Notes: generated by a model from the sequence alone, not told the origin. DNA of 62,918 bases, filler included, from Octopus bimaculoides (GCF_001194135.2; 6 parts of 6 records of this genome joined end to end with filler, not necessarily neighbours in it), one strand, 5' to 3'; counted from the first letter of the whole stretch, positions 1 to 14,225 are shown. Numbers and translations are program-made.

Positions 1-34
<34 letters not shown>

Positions 35-1510
35 TTCCTGCGAACAATGAAAGAAGCAAATGGAAAACAAGACAAACAACCCAAAGAACGATGCTTCATC
101 AGTTGTCATCTGTTTTTCTATCCGTATTTCGAGCAATTCAAGACAAGATGCCCCTTCGATAAAACAGTTGCTCCCGCAAAGCAAATTAAATAAAATTCGG
201 GATTTTGCGGAGAGTCAAAATTGGTGACAAAAACAGGACAGTGAAAACAAACAGGAAGGACTGCTAAGCCTAAACAAGGTTGTGGTGGCAAACGCGAAGA
301 AACGAGCTTGGACAGGAGACAGACGAGAATACGTCTTCCTTGGCCAGCTGCAGCAGGAAGAAAGAAACACAAGTTAGGAGAAGAAAGAAAAATGGCCGAT
401 GGTCACGTGGGAGCCAAGTGAGCAAAGGAGGAAGAGTGAGGGAGAGAGAGTGACAGACAGAGAACTGTGAAGAGGAGAGGAAAAGATTTGGAGATAGGGT
501 AAGGGAGAAAAAAGAGAGGGAGAATAGGAGGTAAAAGAATAAGAGAAAGGAAGGGAGAAAAATACGAAAGAGCAATAGGAAGAATAGAGTCGCATCAGAG
601 TTGTTAAGATAAAACTTACTTCGAAAAGGATGCGTGGTGTTCAATCATATAATAATAATAATAATATATANNNNNNNNNNNNNNNNNNNNNNNNNNNNNN
701 NNNNNNNNNNNNNNNNNNNNNNNNNNNNNNNNNNNNNNNNNNNNNNNNNNNNNNNNNNNNNNNNNNNNNNNNNNNNNNNNNNNNNNNNNNNNNNNNNNNN
801 NNNNNNNNNNNNNNNNNNNNNNNNNNNNNNNNNNNNNNNNNNNNNNNNNNNNNNNNNNNNNNNNNNNNNNNNNNNNNNNNNNNNNNNNNNNNNNNNNNNN
901 NNNNNNNNNNNNNNNNNNNNNNNNNNNNNNNNNNNNNNNNNNNNNNNNNNNNNNNNNNNNNNNNNNNNNNNNNNNNNNNNNNNNNNNATATATACATACG
1001 TATACGTTCATACATGTATATGTATGTACATACGCATATGTGAGCACAGGACGTCACAAAACGTAAACAGCAAAAAATACGAAATACGAGGACATATACA
1101 TATAGCTATATGCATATATATATATATAATAATACAAAGAATATATATACATGTATACACACATATATGTACATACTTACATCTACATGTGTATATATAT
1201 GCATATCAGGGTACAGGACGTTAGAACAATGAACTACAGACAACGGAACGAACATATAGGAAAACGGAAAACCACTTGGAATATTCCTTCATCAGCTGTC
1301 TCTATTCTAACCTGACGTTTCGAAGATATATATATGTAAGATGGGTCAGAAGTCACGCACAAAATAATTTCAATACGCTCCCGAATTGTCGAACAACAAT
1401 TTTCCTAAAAATTTGATAAAATAACAAAACGAATAGTAATAATAAACCGTAATATAAATAAAATGCCAAATGATTCAGTGCGTGTCTTTTGGCCTACTCT
1501 GTTTGTGTAT

Positions 1511-1555
<45 letters not shown>

Positions 1556-1825
1556 TACGCGCGTGCGCGCGGCAACTTTGTCCGTTCATGGTGGGACGTA
1601 CTTCATTGGAAAAAAATGGAAGTGGGAAGTACGACAGATCACTCACAACTCAACAAGAAAGGGTTCAACGACCCCTCCGAGTATTGATCCGTTATTGGTG
1701 GTCATACGGACTCACTAATTCTCTCCCCCGTGCCCTCACTCTCTTTCAGTCATTACGTATTTTCTTCCCCCCTTCCTCACCACCAAACCACCAATACTCT
1801 CTCTATGTATGTACTTACTTAAACT

Positions 1826-2306
1826 AGAGACATACACACACACACACATATATATAGATACACACACGCACATATATATAGATACACACACACACATATA
1901 TATAGATACACACACACACATATATATAGATACACACACACACATATATATAGATACACACACACACACATATATATAGATACACACACACATATATATA
2001 GATACACACACGCACATATATATAGATACACACACACACATATATATAGATACACACACACACATATATATAGATACACACACGCACATATATATAGATA
2101 CACACACACACATATATATAGATACACACACACACATATATATAGATACACACACACACATATATATAGATACACACACACACACATATATATAGATACA
2201 CACACACACATATATATATAGATACACACACACACACATATATATAGATACACACACACACATATATATAGATACACACACACACACATATATAGATACA
2301 CACACT
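1826..2306. repeat. Compound minisatellite, unit ~GATA(CA)5-7(TA)4-5
   Basis: About 20 consecutive units visible. Confidence 0.95.
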
Positions 2307-2790
2307 CACATACAATTGTTTTTAATAGAAGAGAAATAAGTACTCAGTAGATGATATAGAGTATAATTATATTTCTATGGTTTCTGCCTTCTGTTGTTAC
2401 TTTAAGTTTCACGGATGCCTGATCAATCAGACAGCCATGCTTGTCTCCTATCATCAAAAGAAGTTGTCTTAATTAATGAATGTGTGTATGTGCGTATGTG
2501 TTTAACTTACGCATTCATTCTCTCACTCTCTCCACCCGCCCACTACCTACCTACCCACCCACACACACACATACACACATCACAGGGATGTCTTCTTATA
2601 CATACATACATACATACATACATACGCATCATACAGGCAAGCATACTGAAATAACACACACACACACACACCGCCTCTCTTTCACTCTCTCACTCCCCCC
2701 TCTGTCTGTCTCTCTCTCTATCGTTCATTGCCTCTCTCTCTAATTTCACTTTTATTCTTTTCTCTTACTATCTATCCTCTCTTCTTCTTC

Positions 2791-2990
2791 TTTCTCTCTC
2801 GTTCTCTCTCTTTCTCTCTCGTTCTCTCTCTTTCTCTCTCGTTCTCTCTCTTTCTCTCTCGTTCTCTCTCTTTCTCTCTCGTTCTCTCTCTTTCTCTCTC
2901 GTTCTCTCTCTTTCTCTCTCGTTCTCTCTCTTTCTCTCTCGTTCTCTCTCTTTCTCTCTCGTTCTCTCTCTTTCTCTCTCGTTCTCTCTC
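2791..2990. repeat. Perfect 20-bp tandem repeat (tttctctctcgttctctctc) x10
   Basis: Read directly from the sequence. Confidence 0.95.
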
Positions 2991-3317
2991 CCATATTACT
3001 CTTACCTTTATCTTTCACCATTTCTTCTCACTTCTCTCCATGTTCTACAGTCTCTTTCTTTGTAACTCTCTCTCCTTTTCTCCCCTCTTCCTCTCTCTCT
3101 CTCTATGCCACTACTTCAAGGTTTTTCTCAGACACTCCTTTATCTTTCTTTTTACCCCTCTCTATCTTTCTCTTTCTCTCTGTGTGTAACTCTTTGTATT
3201 TTCACCTCTCTCCCTTTCCCCCTTGCTCCCATTCTGTCTTGCTGTCTTTAGGCTTCAACCTCACTTCATCAAACACACACACACACATATAACATACTTG
3301 GGCAAGCATATAACAAT

Positions 3318-3376
<59 letters not shown>

Positions 3377-3476
3377 NNNNNNNNNNNNNNNNNNNNNNNN
3401 NNNNNNNNNNNNNNNNNNNNTTAATTAATTAANNNNNNNNNNNNNNNNNNNNNNNNNNNNNNNNNNNNNNNNNNNN

Positions 3477-3508
<32 letters not shown>

Positions 3509-3560
3509 GAAAGAGAGAGGTGGAAGAGAGAGAGGGGGAAAGAGAGAGAGGGAAAGAGAG

Positions 3561-3591
<31 letters not shown>

Positions 3592-3735
3592 GAAAGAGAG
3601 AGAGAGAGGGAAAGAGAGAGAGAGAGAGGAATAGAAAATAAAGTAATAAGACTATGCACATAAAATTATGCATGCACACACATATACATGCATACATGAA
3701 AATACATATATTCATATAATACGCACACATATATA

Positions 3736-4190
3736 CAGTACTCCCCTGGTTTTCATGGGGCTTACATTCCTAGAGCAACCGCGAATAGTGAAACACTGCA
3801 AATACTGGACATGGTCCATAAAAATGCCTATAAATGTCAAAATGTAACGTAAAAGATTATATATATATATATATATNNNNNNNNNNTTAATAATAATTTA
3901 ATGAAAATTAAAGCAAAATTAAAGCATTAATAATGAACGATATTGATTTAAAATGATGATGATGAAAATAATGAAGGTAATGAATGCACAGCAAAGAAAA
4001 TTTAAAGCTCGTTAGGTGACACCTCTTCTTCAGGTGTTTTAGGGGGTATCGTATCTTCATGCAAGGCTCTCTTGGTGGGCTTGAGGAACATTGTGATGGG
4101 AAGTTGCTGTCGTTGTTTCTTCATGGTGATGAGAAGAGTTTTATACGTGTGCATGGCATTTTCTATGGCATTTTTAAATTGGAGAGACCA
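3736..4190 (-). mobile_element. Tigger-like transposon 3' end
   Basis: TIR-like cagtactcccctggttttcatgggg at 3736; C-terminus YKTLLITMKKQRQQLPITMFL. Confidence 0.6.
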
Positions 4191-4204
4191 AACCATATAG
4201 GAAT

Positions 4205-5795
4205 CTGATGCTATATTTCTGATAAAACAGCTGCAGGAGAAATACCTAGCCAAAGATAAACCTCTGTACCTGGCTGTCGTTGACATGGAGAAAGCCTTTG
4301 ACAGGGTCCCCCATTCCTTTATCTGGTGGTCAATGAGGAAACTAGGGATAGAAGAATGGTTAGTGAGAGCTGTGCGTGTCATGTACAGGGACGCTGTCAG
4401 TAAGGTGAGGGTTGGCAACAAGTACAATGAAGAATTCCAGGTAGAGGTAGGGGTCTGCCAAGGTTCAGTCCTCAGCCCCCTATTATTTATCATAGTCCTC
4501 CAGGCAATAACACAGGAATTCAAGACACGTTGCCCCTGGGAGCTCCTCTATGCTGATGACCTTGCTCTAATTGCTGAGTCACTATCAGGATAAGAGGAGA
4601 AGTTTCAGGTGTGGAAGCAAGGATCAGAATTGAAGGGCCTTAGAGTCAACCTAGCTAAAACCGAAGTCCTAATAAGTAGAAAGGTAGACAAACAACAAAC
4701 ACCTTCAGGTAGATGACAGGTTGCCTCTGGGAGTTCCTCTATCCTGATGACCTTGCTCTAATTGCTGAGTCACTATCAGAACTAGAAGAGAAGGGAAACA
4801 TGGGCCGTGACTGTTGAGGACATGCGTAAACTTGCAAGGAATGATGCCAGTATGCTCCGCTGGATGTGTAATATCAGTGTGCATACTCAACAAAGTATAA
4901 GTGCCTTCAGAGAAAAGTCAGACCTAAGAAGCATCAGATGTGGTGTGCAAGAGAGACCACTGCACTGGTGTGGTCATGTGGTACGAATGGATGAGGAAAG
5001 CTGTGTAAAAAAGTGTCACACCCTAGCGGTTGAGGGAAACTGTAGAAGAGGTAGACCCAGGAAGACCTGCAATGAGGTGGTGAAACACAACCTTCGAACA
5101 TTAGGCCTCACTGAGGCAATGACTAGTGACCGGGACCTTTGGAAATATGCTGCACTTGAGAAGACCCGGCAGGCCAGGTGAGACCATAACCTGTTGGCCT
5201 ATACCAGTGATGTAACCAGCCCACTTAGGTGTACGTTTCTCTCATTGGACACTAAACTCTGCTTGTGGAGACCTGTTGAGTCAAGTGAAATTGGAATCAA
5301 ATTCGATGACAGCACCGCATGACTGGCATCCGCGCCAGTGGAGCGCTAAGAGCATCATCCGAGCGTGATCGTTGCCAGGGCCACTGTGTGGCCCCCGTGC
5401 CAATGGCACATAAAAACCTCCTTTTGAGCATGATCGTTAGCAACGTCACCTTACTGGCACTCGTGGCGGTGGTATGTGGTAAACAACATTTGAGCGAGGG
5501 TGTTGCCAGTGCCGCTGGACTGGCTCCTGTACAGGTGACACGTAAAAACACCATTTGAGTGTGGCCGTTGCCAGTACAGCCTGACTGGCCCTCGTGCTGG
5601 GGGCACATAAAAGCATCCACTACACTCTCGGAGTGGTTGGCATGAGGAAGGGCATCCAGCTGTAGAAACTCTGCCAGATCAGATTGGAGCTTGGTGCAGC
5701 CATCTGGCTCACTAGACCCCGGTCAAACCGTCCAACCTATGCCAGCATGGAAAGTGGACATTAAATGATTAAATGATGATGATGATGATGATGAC
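4205..5795 (+). mobile_element. RTE-clade LINE, 5'-truncated and rearranged
   Basis: DAIFLIKQLQEKY...DMEKAFDRVP, QGSVLSP and YADD motifs, C-terminal GRPRKT, 3'UTR and (ATG)n tail. An internal duplication/deletion lies near 4710-4800. Confidence 0.92.
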
Positions 5796-5826
<31 letters not shown>

Positions 5827-5866
5827 TATACATACATACACACATACATATACATGCATTTATTAC

Positions 5867-5900
<34 letters not shown>

Positions 5901-6623
5901 AAAACATTTATTTTATTTATATATATACTCACACACACGCATATAGANNNNNNNNNNNNNNNNNNNNNNNNNNNNNNNNNNNNNNNNNNNNNNNNNNNNN
6001 NNNNNNNNNNNNNNNNNNNNNNNNNNNNNNNNNNNNNNNNNNNNNNNNNNNNNNNNNNNNNNNNNNNNNNNNNNNNNNNNNNNNNNNNNNNNNNNNNNNN
6101 NNNNNNNNNNNNNNNNNNNNNNNNNNNNNNNNNNNNNNNNNNNNNNNNNNNNNNNNNNNNNNNNNNNNNNNNNNNNNNNNNNNNNNNNNNNNNNNNNNNN
6201 NNNNNNNNNNNNNNNNNNNNNNNNNNNNNNNNNNNNNNNNNNNNNNNNNNNNNNNNNNNNNNNNNNNNNNNNNNNNNNNNNNNNNNNNNNNNNNNATATA
6301 AATTTGACATGGGCTATTCTTTCTTGTCTTGTGATTCACAGTCAACAGCTGACTGGAACTGCACGAAAAATTACACAGATGTGTAGAATGATCCGGTGCT
6401 GTTGTATTTTTTTCATAGCTCCCATGGTTACTGAGATAATCTACTATAACAATACTCTTGTGTTTATGAATGAGAAAGGAAGGGGTGATGGATGAATAAG
6501 GAAGGAAGGAGTGATGTCATACCTGGTAGTCGGATGATGAAAATTGTACACTGAAAACATAAATTAAACAGCGTTTCAACTCTGTGTGAATATATGTGTA
6601 TGTAAAAGTAGGGGTACGTGAAT

Positions 6624-6654
<31 letters not shown>

Positions 6655-8329
6655 CACGTGTGCAATGGAAGTGGGATGGTTCATCCTTGTTCGCTTAGTA
6701 TTTGGATTCATTTTTTGATTTGGTTGAATCTTGGTTGGTTTGTTTTGTTTATTTTTTGTTGGTCAGTTATTTTCAGCATTTTGACAGAAAAAAGTCATAC
6801 TAAAATTGTTTTTTACGAAAGCATGCCCAAACAAGTTGAATTCTTAAACAGCAATTTTACAGCCACATCATCCAAACTGACCGGGTGAAACCAGGCTTAG
6901 CNNNNNNNNNNNNNNNNNNNNNNNNNNNNNNNNNNNNNNNNNNNNNNNNNNNNNNNNNNNNNNNNNNNNNNNNNNNNNNNNNNNNNNNNNNNNNNNNNNN
7001 NNNNNNNNNNNNNNNNNNNNNNNNNNNNNNNNNNNNNNNNNNNNNNNNNNNNNNNNNNNNNNNNNNNNNNNNNNNNNNNNNNNNNNNNNNNNNNNNNNNN
7101 NNNNNNNNNNNNNNNNNNNNNNNNNNNNNNNNNNNNNNNNNNNNNNNNNNNNNNNNNNNNNNNNNNNNNNNNNNNNNNNNNNNNNNNNNNNNNNNNNNNN
7201 NNNNNNNNNNNNNNNNNNNNNNNNNNNNNNNNNNNNNNNNNNNNNNNNNNNNNNNNNNNNNNNNNNNNNNNNNNNNNNNNNNNNNNNNNNNNNNNNNNNN
7301 NNNNNNNNNNNNNNNNNNNNNNNNNNNNNNNNNNNNNNNNNNNNNNNNNNNNNNNNNNNNNNNNNNNNNNNNNNNNNNNNNNNNNNNNNNNNNNNNNNNN
7401 NNNNNNNNNNNNNNNNNNNNNNNNNNNNNNNNNNNNNNNNNNNNNNNNNNNNNNNNNNNNNNNNNNNNNNNNNNNNNNNNNNNNNNNNNNNNNNNNNNNN
7501 NNNNNNNNNNNNNNNNNNNNNNNNNNNNNNNNNNNNNNNNNNNNNNNNNNNNNNNNNNNNNNNNNNNNNNNNNNNNNNNNNNNNNNNNNNNNNNNNNNNN
7601 NNNNNNNNNNNNNNNNNNNNNNNNNNNNNNNNNNNNNNNNNNNNNNNNNNNNNNNNNNNNNNNNNNNNNNNNNNNNNNNNNNNNNNNNNNNNNNNNNNNN
7701 NNNNNNNNNNNNNNNNNNNNNNNNNNNNNNNNNNNNNNNNNNNNNNNNNNNNNNNNNNNNNNNNNNNNNNNNNNNNNNNNNNNNNNNNNNNNNNNNNNNN
7801 TATATATATATAGTAAATACAAAAAAAAAACAAAAACGAAGAACACAAAAAAAAAATACCACAACGGGAGACCTGCTGTACGAGACCCCAGATTTATGAG
7901 TTTTATTTTGTAATAAGTGTGAAAAGGTTAAACAGCAATTTTGCATGTGTGGCAACATTGCAACATGTGACAGCACTGGTTCTGATGCATCTAATCAGCT
8001 GCATATAGCGACGGAATAAAATGACAGCATAAAATTTCAAAATCTTAGTTTGTTCATGTGCTTTGTTGAGAGAGATTATCATAAGCTAATTCTTCATGCC
8101 ACATATTTTATTTTGTATACGTGTATTTACACATTTATTTTTGGCATTTTTTAAAACCACTCAATATGTCTAAATGAAAGTGTACGACAGATGTAAGCAT
8201 ATATACACGTGTAGTTTAGCACACATACATTCACATGGCGAGTTAAACAGCTACTTGGTGTTTATAAGAATGGGGAAGTTAAAGCTAAATTTAATTTATC
8301 CATACCTTAAAGTGAACCATGTTAACAGT

Positions 8330-8600
8330 TACTCAAATTCATTCCCACTGCACTGTGCGAAAGTGCATTTATATGCATGTAAGCATCTTGAGAGTCTTTC
8401 AGAAATTCTATTAATGGTCCACGGAATAGACAAATATTCCTCACAGCAGAGTCAGCATCTCCTTGAAAAGATATATAGTTTTGCGTGCCTTCCTATGGAC
8501 CAAATTATGTTAAATTTATTTTTATCTTCCTTAAGTTGCCACACAAAACTGGCCAAAGATCTTCACATAACATCTATATATTATGAAAACAAAAGTGCTT
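8330..8600 (-). mobile_element. Penelope-like element remnant, GIY-YIG endonuclease C-terminus
   Basis: My translation reads RSLASFVWQLKEDKNKFNIIWSIGRHAKLYIFSRRC*LCCEEYLSIPWTINRISERLSRCLH, which has the PLE W..K...W.I...A..Y....C.LC..E...N..SE..S.C.H pattern and an internal stop. Confidence 0.7.
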
Positions 8601-9523
8601 AATACTTAATTTCACACAGACATTTATATGTGTGTGTGAGTGTGTATGTTGAAACTGATAAAATAAATACAATTTACAATTAAAATGTGCGGTTTTATTT
8701 TGAGTAAGACACCAGTGTCTTTCAAAGCAGACTCTCTGAAGGCTGTTTGCATACTTTACTGCCCCTGCCTCTTTCCCCCAAGCATGGACACACATTGCAT
8801 TTTATTATATGTAAGATATTAAATTTTTTTTTTCTTCACATAAATTCTATTGGTGACCTTTATAACTCCCTAGTTGGCCTTTACCCTTGTCAGTATAAAT
8901 TACCCAATAATTTATCAAAGTTAGCTGTTTAGAACTTTTACACAATCAGTTCATTGTTTCCTACTATCTCTGTGATGCCTTAGTGTAAAGGAATTTTATT
9001 GCTAGTCCTCCCCACCTCCCCTTCCCCTCTACCTAACATCTTTTTCCTCCCACTTTATTTCCTTTTAGGGTGACCTCTATTCTCTAACTAATACTTTCAT
9101 TAATCATTTGATTTTGATTTTTTTTTCTTTTTTCAACTTGCTATTCATGCTGTGGCTAGATTGATAATTCATTTGTTCATCTCCATGTGACAATGTAAAC
9201 AGTTTATAGTAATAGGACCTGAAGATTGGCTATGCTAGTTGTGTGTATGTTACAACTTATATAACAAGCATTGCTTTGCTATGAAACAGTTGTTGTTAGT
9301 GTTTTACATGTTCCATTCCTTACTTTCTAGGATTTTTGTCCGCATTTTCTATAATGTTACTTGTTAAACCTTGAGTTGTACAGTGACTGTCAGCTTACCA
9401 AAATTTGTCATTTTATTGTATATTGCCTACCTTTTGTCATCTACACCAGCTGCATTCATGCTCGAAGCTTACTAGCTTCTTACATTGGATCCCTTGATTG
9501 TACTTATTTACTACTATATGTTC

Positions 9524-9554
<31 letters not shown>

Positions 9555-10625
9555 CATACTTATGAGAAAGAAACAGAAGTTGATATACAAAAACAAAAAC
9601 CAATGAAACCACAACTCTGGAATAACTTCTAAGTTAGCACAAACATGCATATTGAAAAAGCGTTTGATGTAATGGCATAGCCAACACCCACCAAAATTGG
9701 CAAAACAAAGAAAATCTCATCCTCTCCAGAAAACTCATTAGAGAAATAAAGGGTGACAAACTAGAAGAGACAACGATATGTACAAACTTAGCATTATGCT
9801 GACTGGAAACAGAAATATCCCTTCTCCGATCATAAAAAGTACAACATGAAGGAAAATTGAAAACAACTGATGAAATCATTTTTGCTGAAATCTCAAAAAG
9901 AAGTGATAGTCAAAGTCAAGAAAAACTACAACTACGGAAGGAAGACACCAATGTGGGGGAAAACAACAAGAGTGGTACATTAATTATAAAAAAATCTTTA
10001 GGGAAAAATCCATTATGAAAACAAAACCACTACAAAAAAATACAGACAAATCAAAGAAAAATATGATAATCAAGCAGAGGAATCACATAAAGCTATCAGG
10101 CTTCCAGTCGTCCAAAAGTACATCTGGAAACAGCCTCAAGATAATCCCAAATGCAAACAAGAAACCTATATGCTACAATTGCAAAACATGATTCTACCAC
10201 AAACAAATACACAGGATACAGAAAACAACTACCAATCCATTATACCAAATAACCTAGATGGATAAATACATGTGGAGAAAGACAAAGAAAAAAACAGACA
10301 AAATAAAGTCATAATGCAAATAGACAGCATAGAAGATTAAAAAATCTACAGTTAATGACCAGCAATCTGAAACATCCCAAATGGCCTAAAAAGCATAAAC
10401 GATGATGGGAAGGAGGCTAACACTCTATGTGACATAATATGAATAGAAAACATGAAATGTGGGCATACTATCACAACTCCTTTTTTTTTTAAGGGAGAAC
10501 ACAGTACAACCAGGCCCCAGATTCAATAGAACGAAAAATTTAAATAAACCCGCAAAACATAGGCCCTGAAATTACAAAATACTAGCTGGACCCATGAAAA
10601 ATGTTTCTATATTGTGACAGTTAAA

Positions 10626-10838
10626 AGCAGAGAGCTGGCAGAATCATTAGCACGCCAGGTGAAATGCTTAGCGGTATTTTGTCCGTTTTTATGTTTTGAG
10701 TTCAAATTCTACCGAGGTTGGCTTTGCCTTTCATCCTTTTGGGGACGATAAATTAAGTACCAGTTGCATACTGAAGTCGATCTAATCAACTGGCCCTCTC
10801 CCCACAAAAATTTCAGGACTTGTGCCTACAGTAGAAAA
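10626..10838 (+). mobile_element. tRNA-derived SINE, second family (gcctttcatccttt...gataaattaagtaccag centre)
   Basis: B-box gagttcaaattc; further copies at 37508-37715 and 37826-37978. The central domain resembles the MetaSINE type from memory, unverified. Confidence 0.75.
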
Positions 10839-12701
10839 GTATGTTGCGACAGTTACAGAATATAACTATATAATCCAACCAAAATATCTCAGTTACACAA
10901 ATGTAAACAGAATTACTATTTAGCCTTAGAATACATCGTACAGATTCAGAGAACCCTCTTGGTTTAGTGGTACGGAACAATTTTCACGTATTCTTTTATT
11001 GTCTTACCTGTTTCAGTCATTTGACGGTGGCCATGCTGGAGCATGACCCTTTAGTGGAAGAAATTGACCCATCGTCTTATTCTCTCTAAGCCTGGTGCTT
11101 ATTCTATCAGTCTCTTTTGCTGAACAGCTATGTTACAGGGACACAAAACACATCAAAATCGGTTGTCAAGCAATGGGGAGGGAGGCAAACACAGACACAA
11201 ACACACACACACACTCATAAATATATACATATATACACATACACGCACAATATATATATATATATATATANNNNNNNNNNNNNNNNNNNNNNNNNNNNNN
11301 NNNNNNNNNNNNNNNNNNNNNNNNNNNNNNNNNNNNNNNNNNNNNNNNNNNNNNNNNNNNNNNNNNNNNNNNNNNNNNNNNNNNNNNNNNNNNNNNNNNN
11401 NNNNNNNNNNNNNNNNNNNNNNNNNNNNNNNNNNNNNNNNNNNNNNNNNNNNNNNNNNNATAATGACAGGCATGGAGGTGGTGGTGATGCTGGCAGGTGC
11501 GATTTTGTGGTTTGCTGGTAAGCTGAAAGAGATCCAGCTCTATTTCTCATATTTTCTTAGTACAGCTGCCTTTGCTCTTGACTTGTGCTCTCGATTCTTT
11601 TGATCTCTATCTCTCTTATTTTGAAAATACACTTCTCTCTGGTTCTGGCTCATTAATTCTATACTTTGCTGATTTCTTTCCCTCCTTTCCCTGTCCTCTT
11701 GGATTATTTTGCTTCTTCTCTCTCTCATCCTCATGCGATTTTGATTCTTTATTTCCACCCACTATACCTCGTGCAACCTTTCTCTCCTTCTACGCTGACG
11801 CTCTCATGCTACGTCCCTCATGCGATTATCCATATTTTAAAACTTGTTATTAAAACAATAAATCTCCAGAATGATTCAGAGTGTTTCAATTGAAAAACAT
11901 AAAAGAATATATTAGACAGTTTTTGTTTAAAAAGTGAAAATATTTCTGAAATACTCACCTAATATGCAAGGATACAGTATATAGGATACGGTAACTAATT
12001 ATATTGTAGGAAAGTAAAAAGTAAAGGGAAAACACATAATTAATATTTTTGATTTTGTTCAGCTCTATGAATTTCATTTTTTTTAAATGCTTTCATCACT
12101 TGCTTGATACAAGAAAAAAGAAATTGGAAAAAATCTTGACCAAAACAGAAAAATTCTAACTTAACAAAAAATATAGAAAGAGAAAGTTGCATTTATTTCC
12201 ACCACACGACACTTATTATCGCACACACACACACATACATTCATATATATGTGTGTGTATGTGTGTCTCTTTTAGTTTTTGTTTACATATACACATCAAC
12301 AAATGAACCAATTGAACAACTCTGTGTGGTTGTTCAGTTTGCTAGAAATAACAGCTAAATCTCTCTCATACTATGCTCTTGTTAGTATTAAAGAAAGGGA
12401 AAAAACTGAATTTATATTATTGATTTTGTTCGGCTCTATGAATCTGATTTGTTTTTTAAATGCTTTTGTCCATTACTTGATACAAGGAAAATGAAATTGG
12501 AAAAATCCTCATCAAAACAGAGAAATTTTAACGTAACAAAAATATAGAAAGAAAAGGTTGTATTCGAAAAGCCTAAACATGTTTTTTAGCTGAGGCTTAA
12601 TTTTATAATTAAAACAAATTCAAAATTTAAATTTCGGAACATAAGACTTAACATGTTATCTGGTGTATGGCTGAATTCAAATGAATAGAAGACCTTAAAA
12701 C

Positions 12702-12749
<48 letters not shown>

Positions 12750-13119
12750 TTAGGCCTTTAATAGCCAGGGGTCTATTTCAGTTCTATCGTAGAAGGNNNN
12801 NNNNNNNNNNNNNNNNNNNNNNNNNNNNNNNNNNNNNNNNNNNNNNNNNNNNNNNNNNNNNNNNNNNNNNNNNNNNNNNNNNNNNNNNNNNNNNNNNNNN
12901 NNNNNNNNNNNNNNNNNNNNNNNNNNNNNNNNNNNNNNNNNNNNNNNNNNNNNNNNNNNNNNNNNNNNNNNNNNNNNNNNNNNNNNNNNNNNNNNNNNNN
13001 NNNNNNNNNNNNNNNNNNNNNNNNNNNNNNNNNNNNNNNNNNNNNNNNNNNNNNNNNNNNNNNNNNNNNNNNNNNNNNNNNNNNNNNNNNNNNNNNNNNN
13101 NNNNNNNNNNNNNNNNNNN

Positions 13120-13163
<44 letters not shown>

Positions 13164-13499
13164 TTAGGCCTTTAATAGCCAGGGGTCTATTTCAGTTCTA
13201 TCGTAGAAGGGAATTCAAATACCTATCAGCCACTCCCTCCCACCTCTCTCTCTCTCTCATTTCCTCTCTCCCTTGCTCGACACACACATCAAATTTAAGT
13301 ATCTTAATTTTCTCATTAAGATCATTACTGCTTCAGTGGCCCAGTAGGCATGGGTGTTGAGAAGTAGTAATACAACACATAAGGAATAGTTTCAAATCTC
13401 GTCCAGAAATTACAAGAGATCTAGTTAAAACATTTTATTTAAGCAACAAAATTTCTTTCAACAATTTCTTTCTCTAAGCGTGACACATGCATCAGGTAA

Positions 13500-14150
13500 T
13501 ACAAAAAACAAATTACCGTATTAATATTATTGATATTGAAGAAAAAAACTCAACAAAAATTAAATGGATTTTATATTGAAAAGTTCTAACCTCATAGAAC
13601 TAAAAGCAGACATTGGAGAGTTTAATCATCACCTCCACCTTATAGAATTCTTTGGCAATAAGAATGTAAATGATGAATCAATTGTCAGAAATAAATCCTA
13701 CTTCACTACTTACAGAGGGAATGATAAGCATTTAAATACATATATAGACAAAATTTCTAAATTCTTTCTCAGTGCCCATAAATGCAAACAAAACCTTCAA
13801 AAAGAAGAGAAGGAAGCTTTACTAACATTGAAGAATGACAATTCTATCACTTAATAAGAAGCCAATAAGAGTGGGATGACAGTGATTACAGACAGGGACT
13901 ATTACAAAGACAAAATATTGAAACATCTAACAGAACACAATTATTATAAGAAACAAGAAATCCAGAAAAAACAATAATGAATGAAGTCAGAAAATTAATT
14001 AACCAACACAAAAACTCATTCATAGATAAAAACAAAAAAGAGAGATTACATATTCAATTCTGAAATTAGAGAGAGAGCAATTTCTATGGATTACCCAAGT
14101 TCCATGAAAGCTCAGAAATACAGAGAGCTATAAGTAAAAAAAAGAAAAAG
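13500..14150 (+). mobile_element. Penelope-like element remnant, pre-RT/RT N-terminal region
   Basis: NLQKEEKEALLTLKNDNSIT, then EANKSGMTVITDRDYYKDKIL (ADKG-type motif) and YGLPKFH. Broken by stops and frameshifts. Confidence 0.8.
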
Positions 14151-14179
14151 TACATAAAAATACTAAGACACATTGATCT

Positions 14180-14225
<46 letters not shown>

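Noticed and set aside
1736-2315. 160-190 aa Cys/Val/Tyr/Ile-rich ORFs
   Set aside because: Translations of a (CA)/(TA) minisatellite. The other low-complexity and X-filled ORFs were rejected for the same reason.
7975-8010. CTGATTA-GATGCATC-AGAAC motif downstream of a PLE remnant
   Set aside because: Several core positions are wrong; cannot be distinguished from chance.
12704-13210. Identical sequence on both sides of gaps (also 19251-19360 and 53150-53223)
   Set aside because: Typical unmerged contig overlaps.
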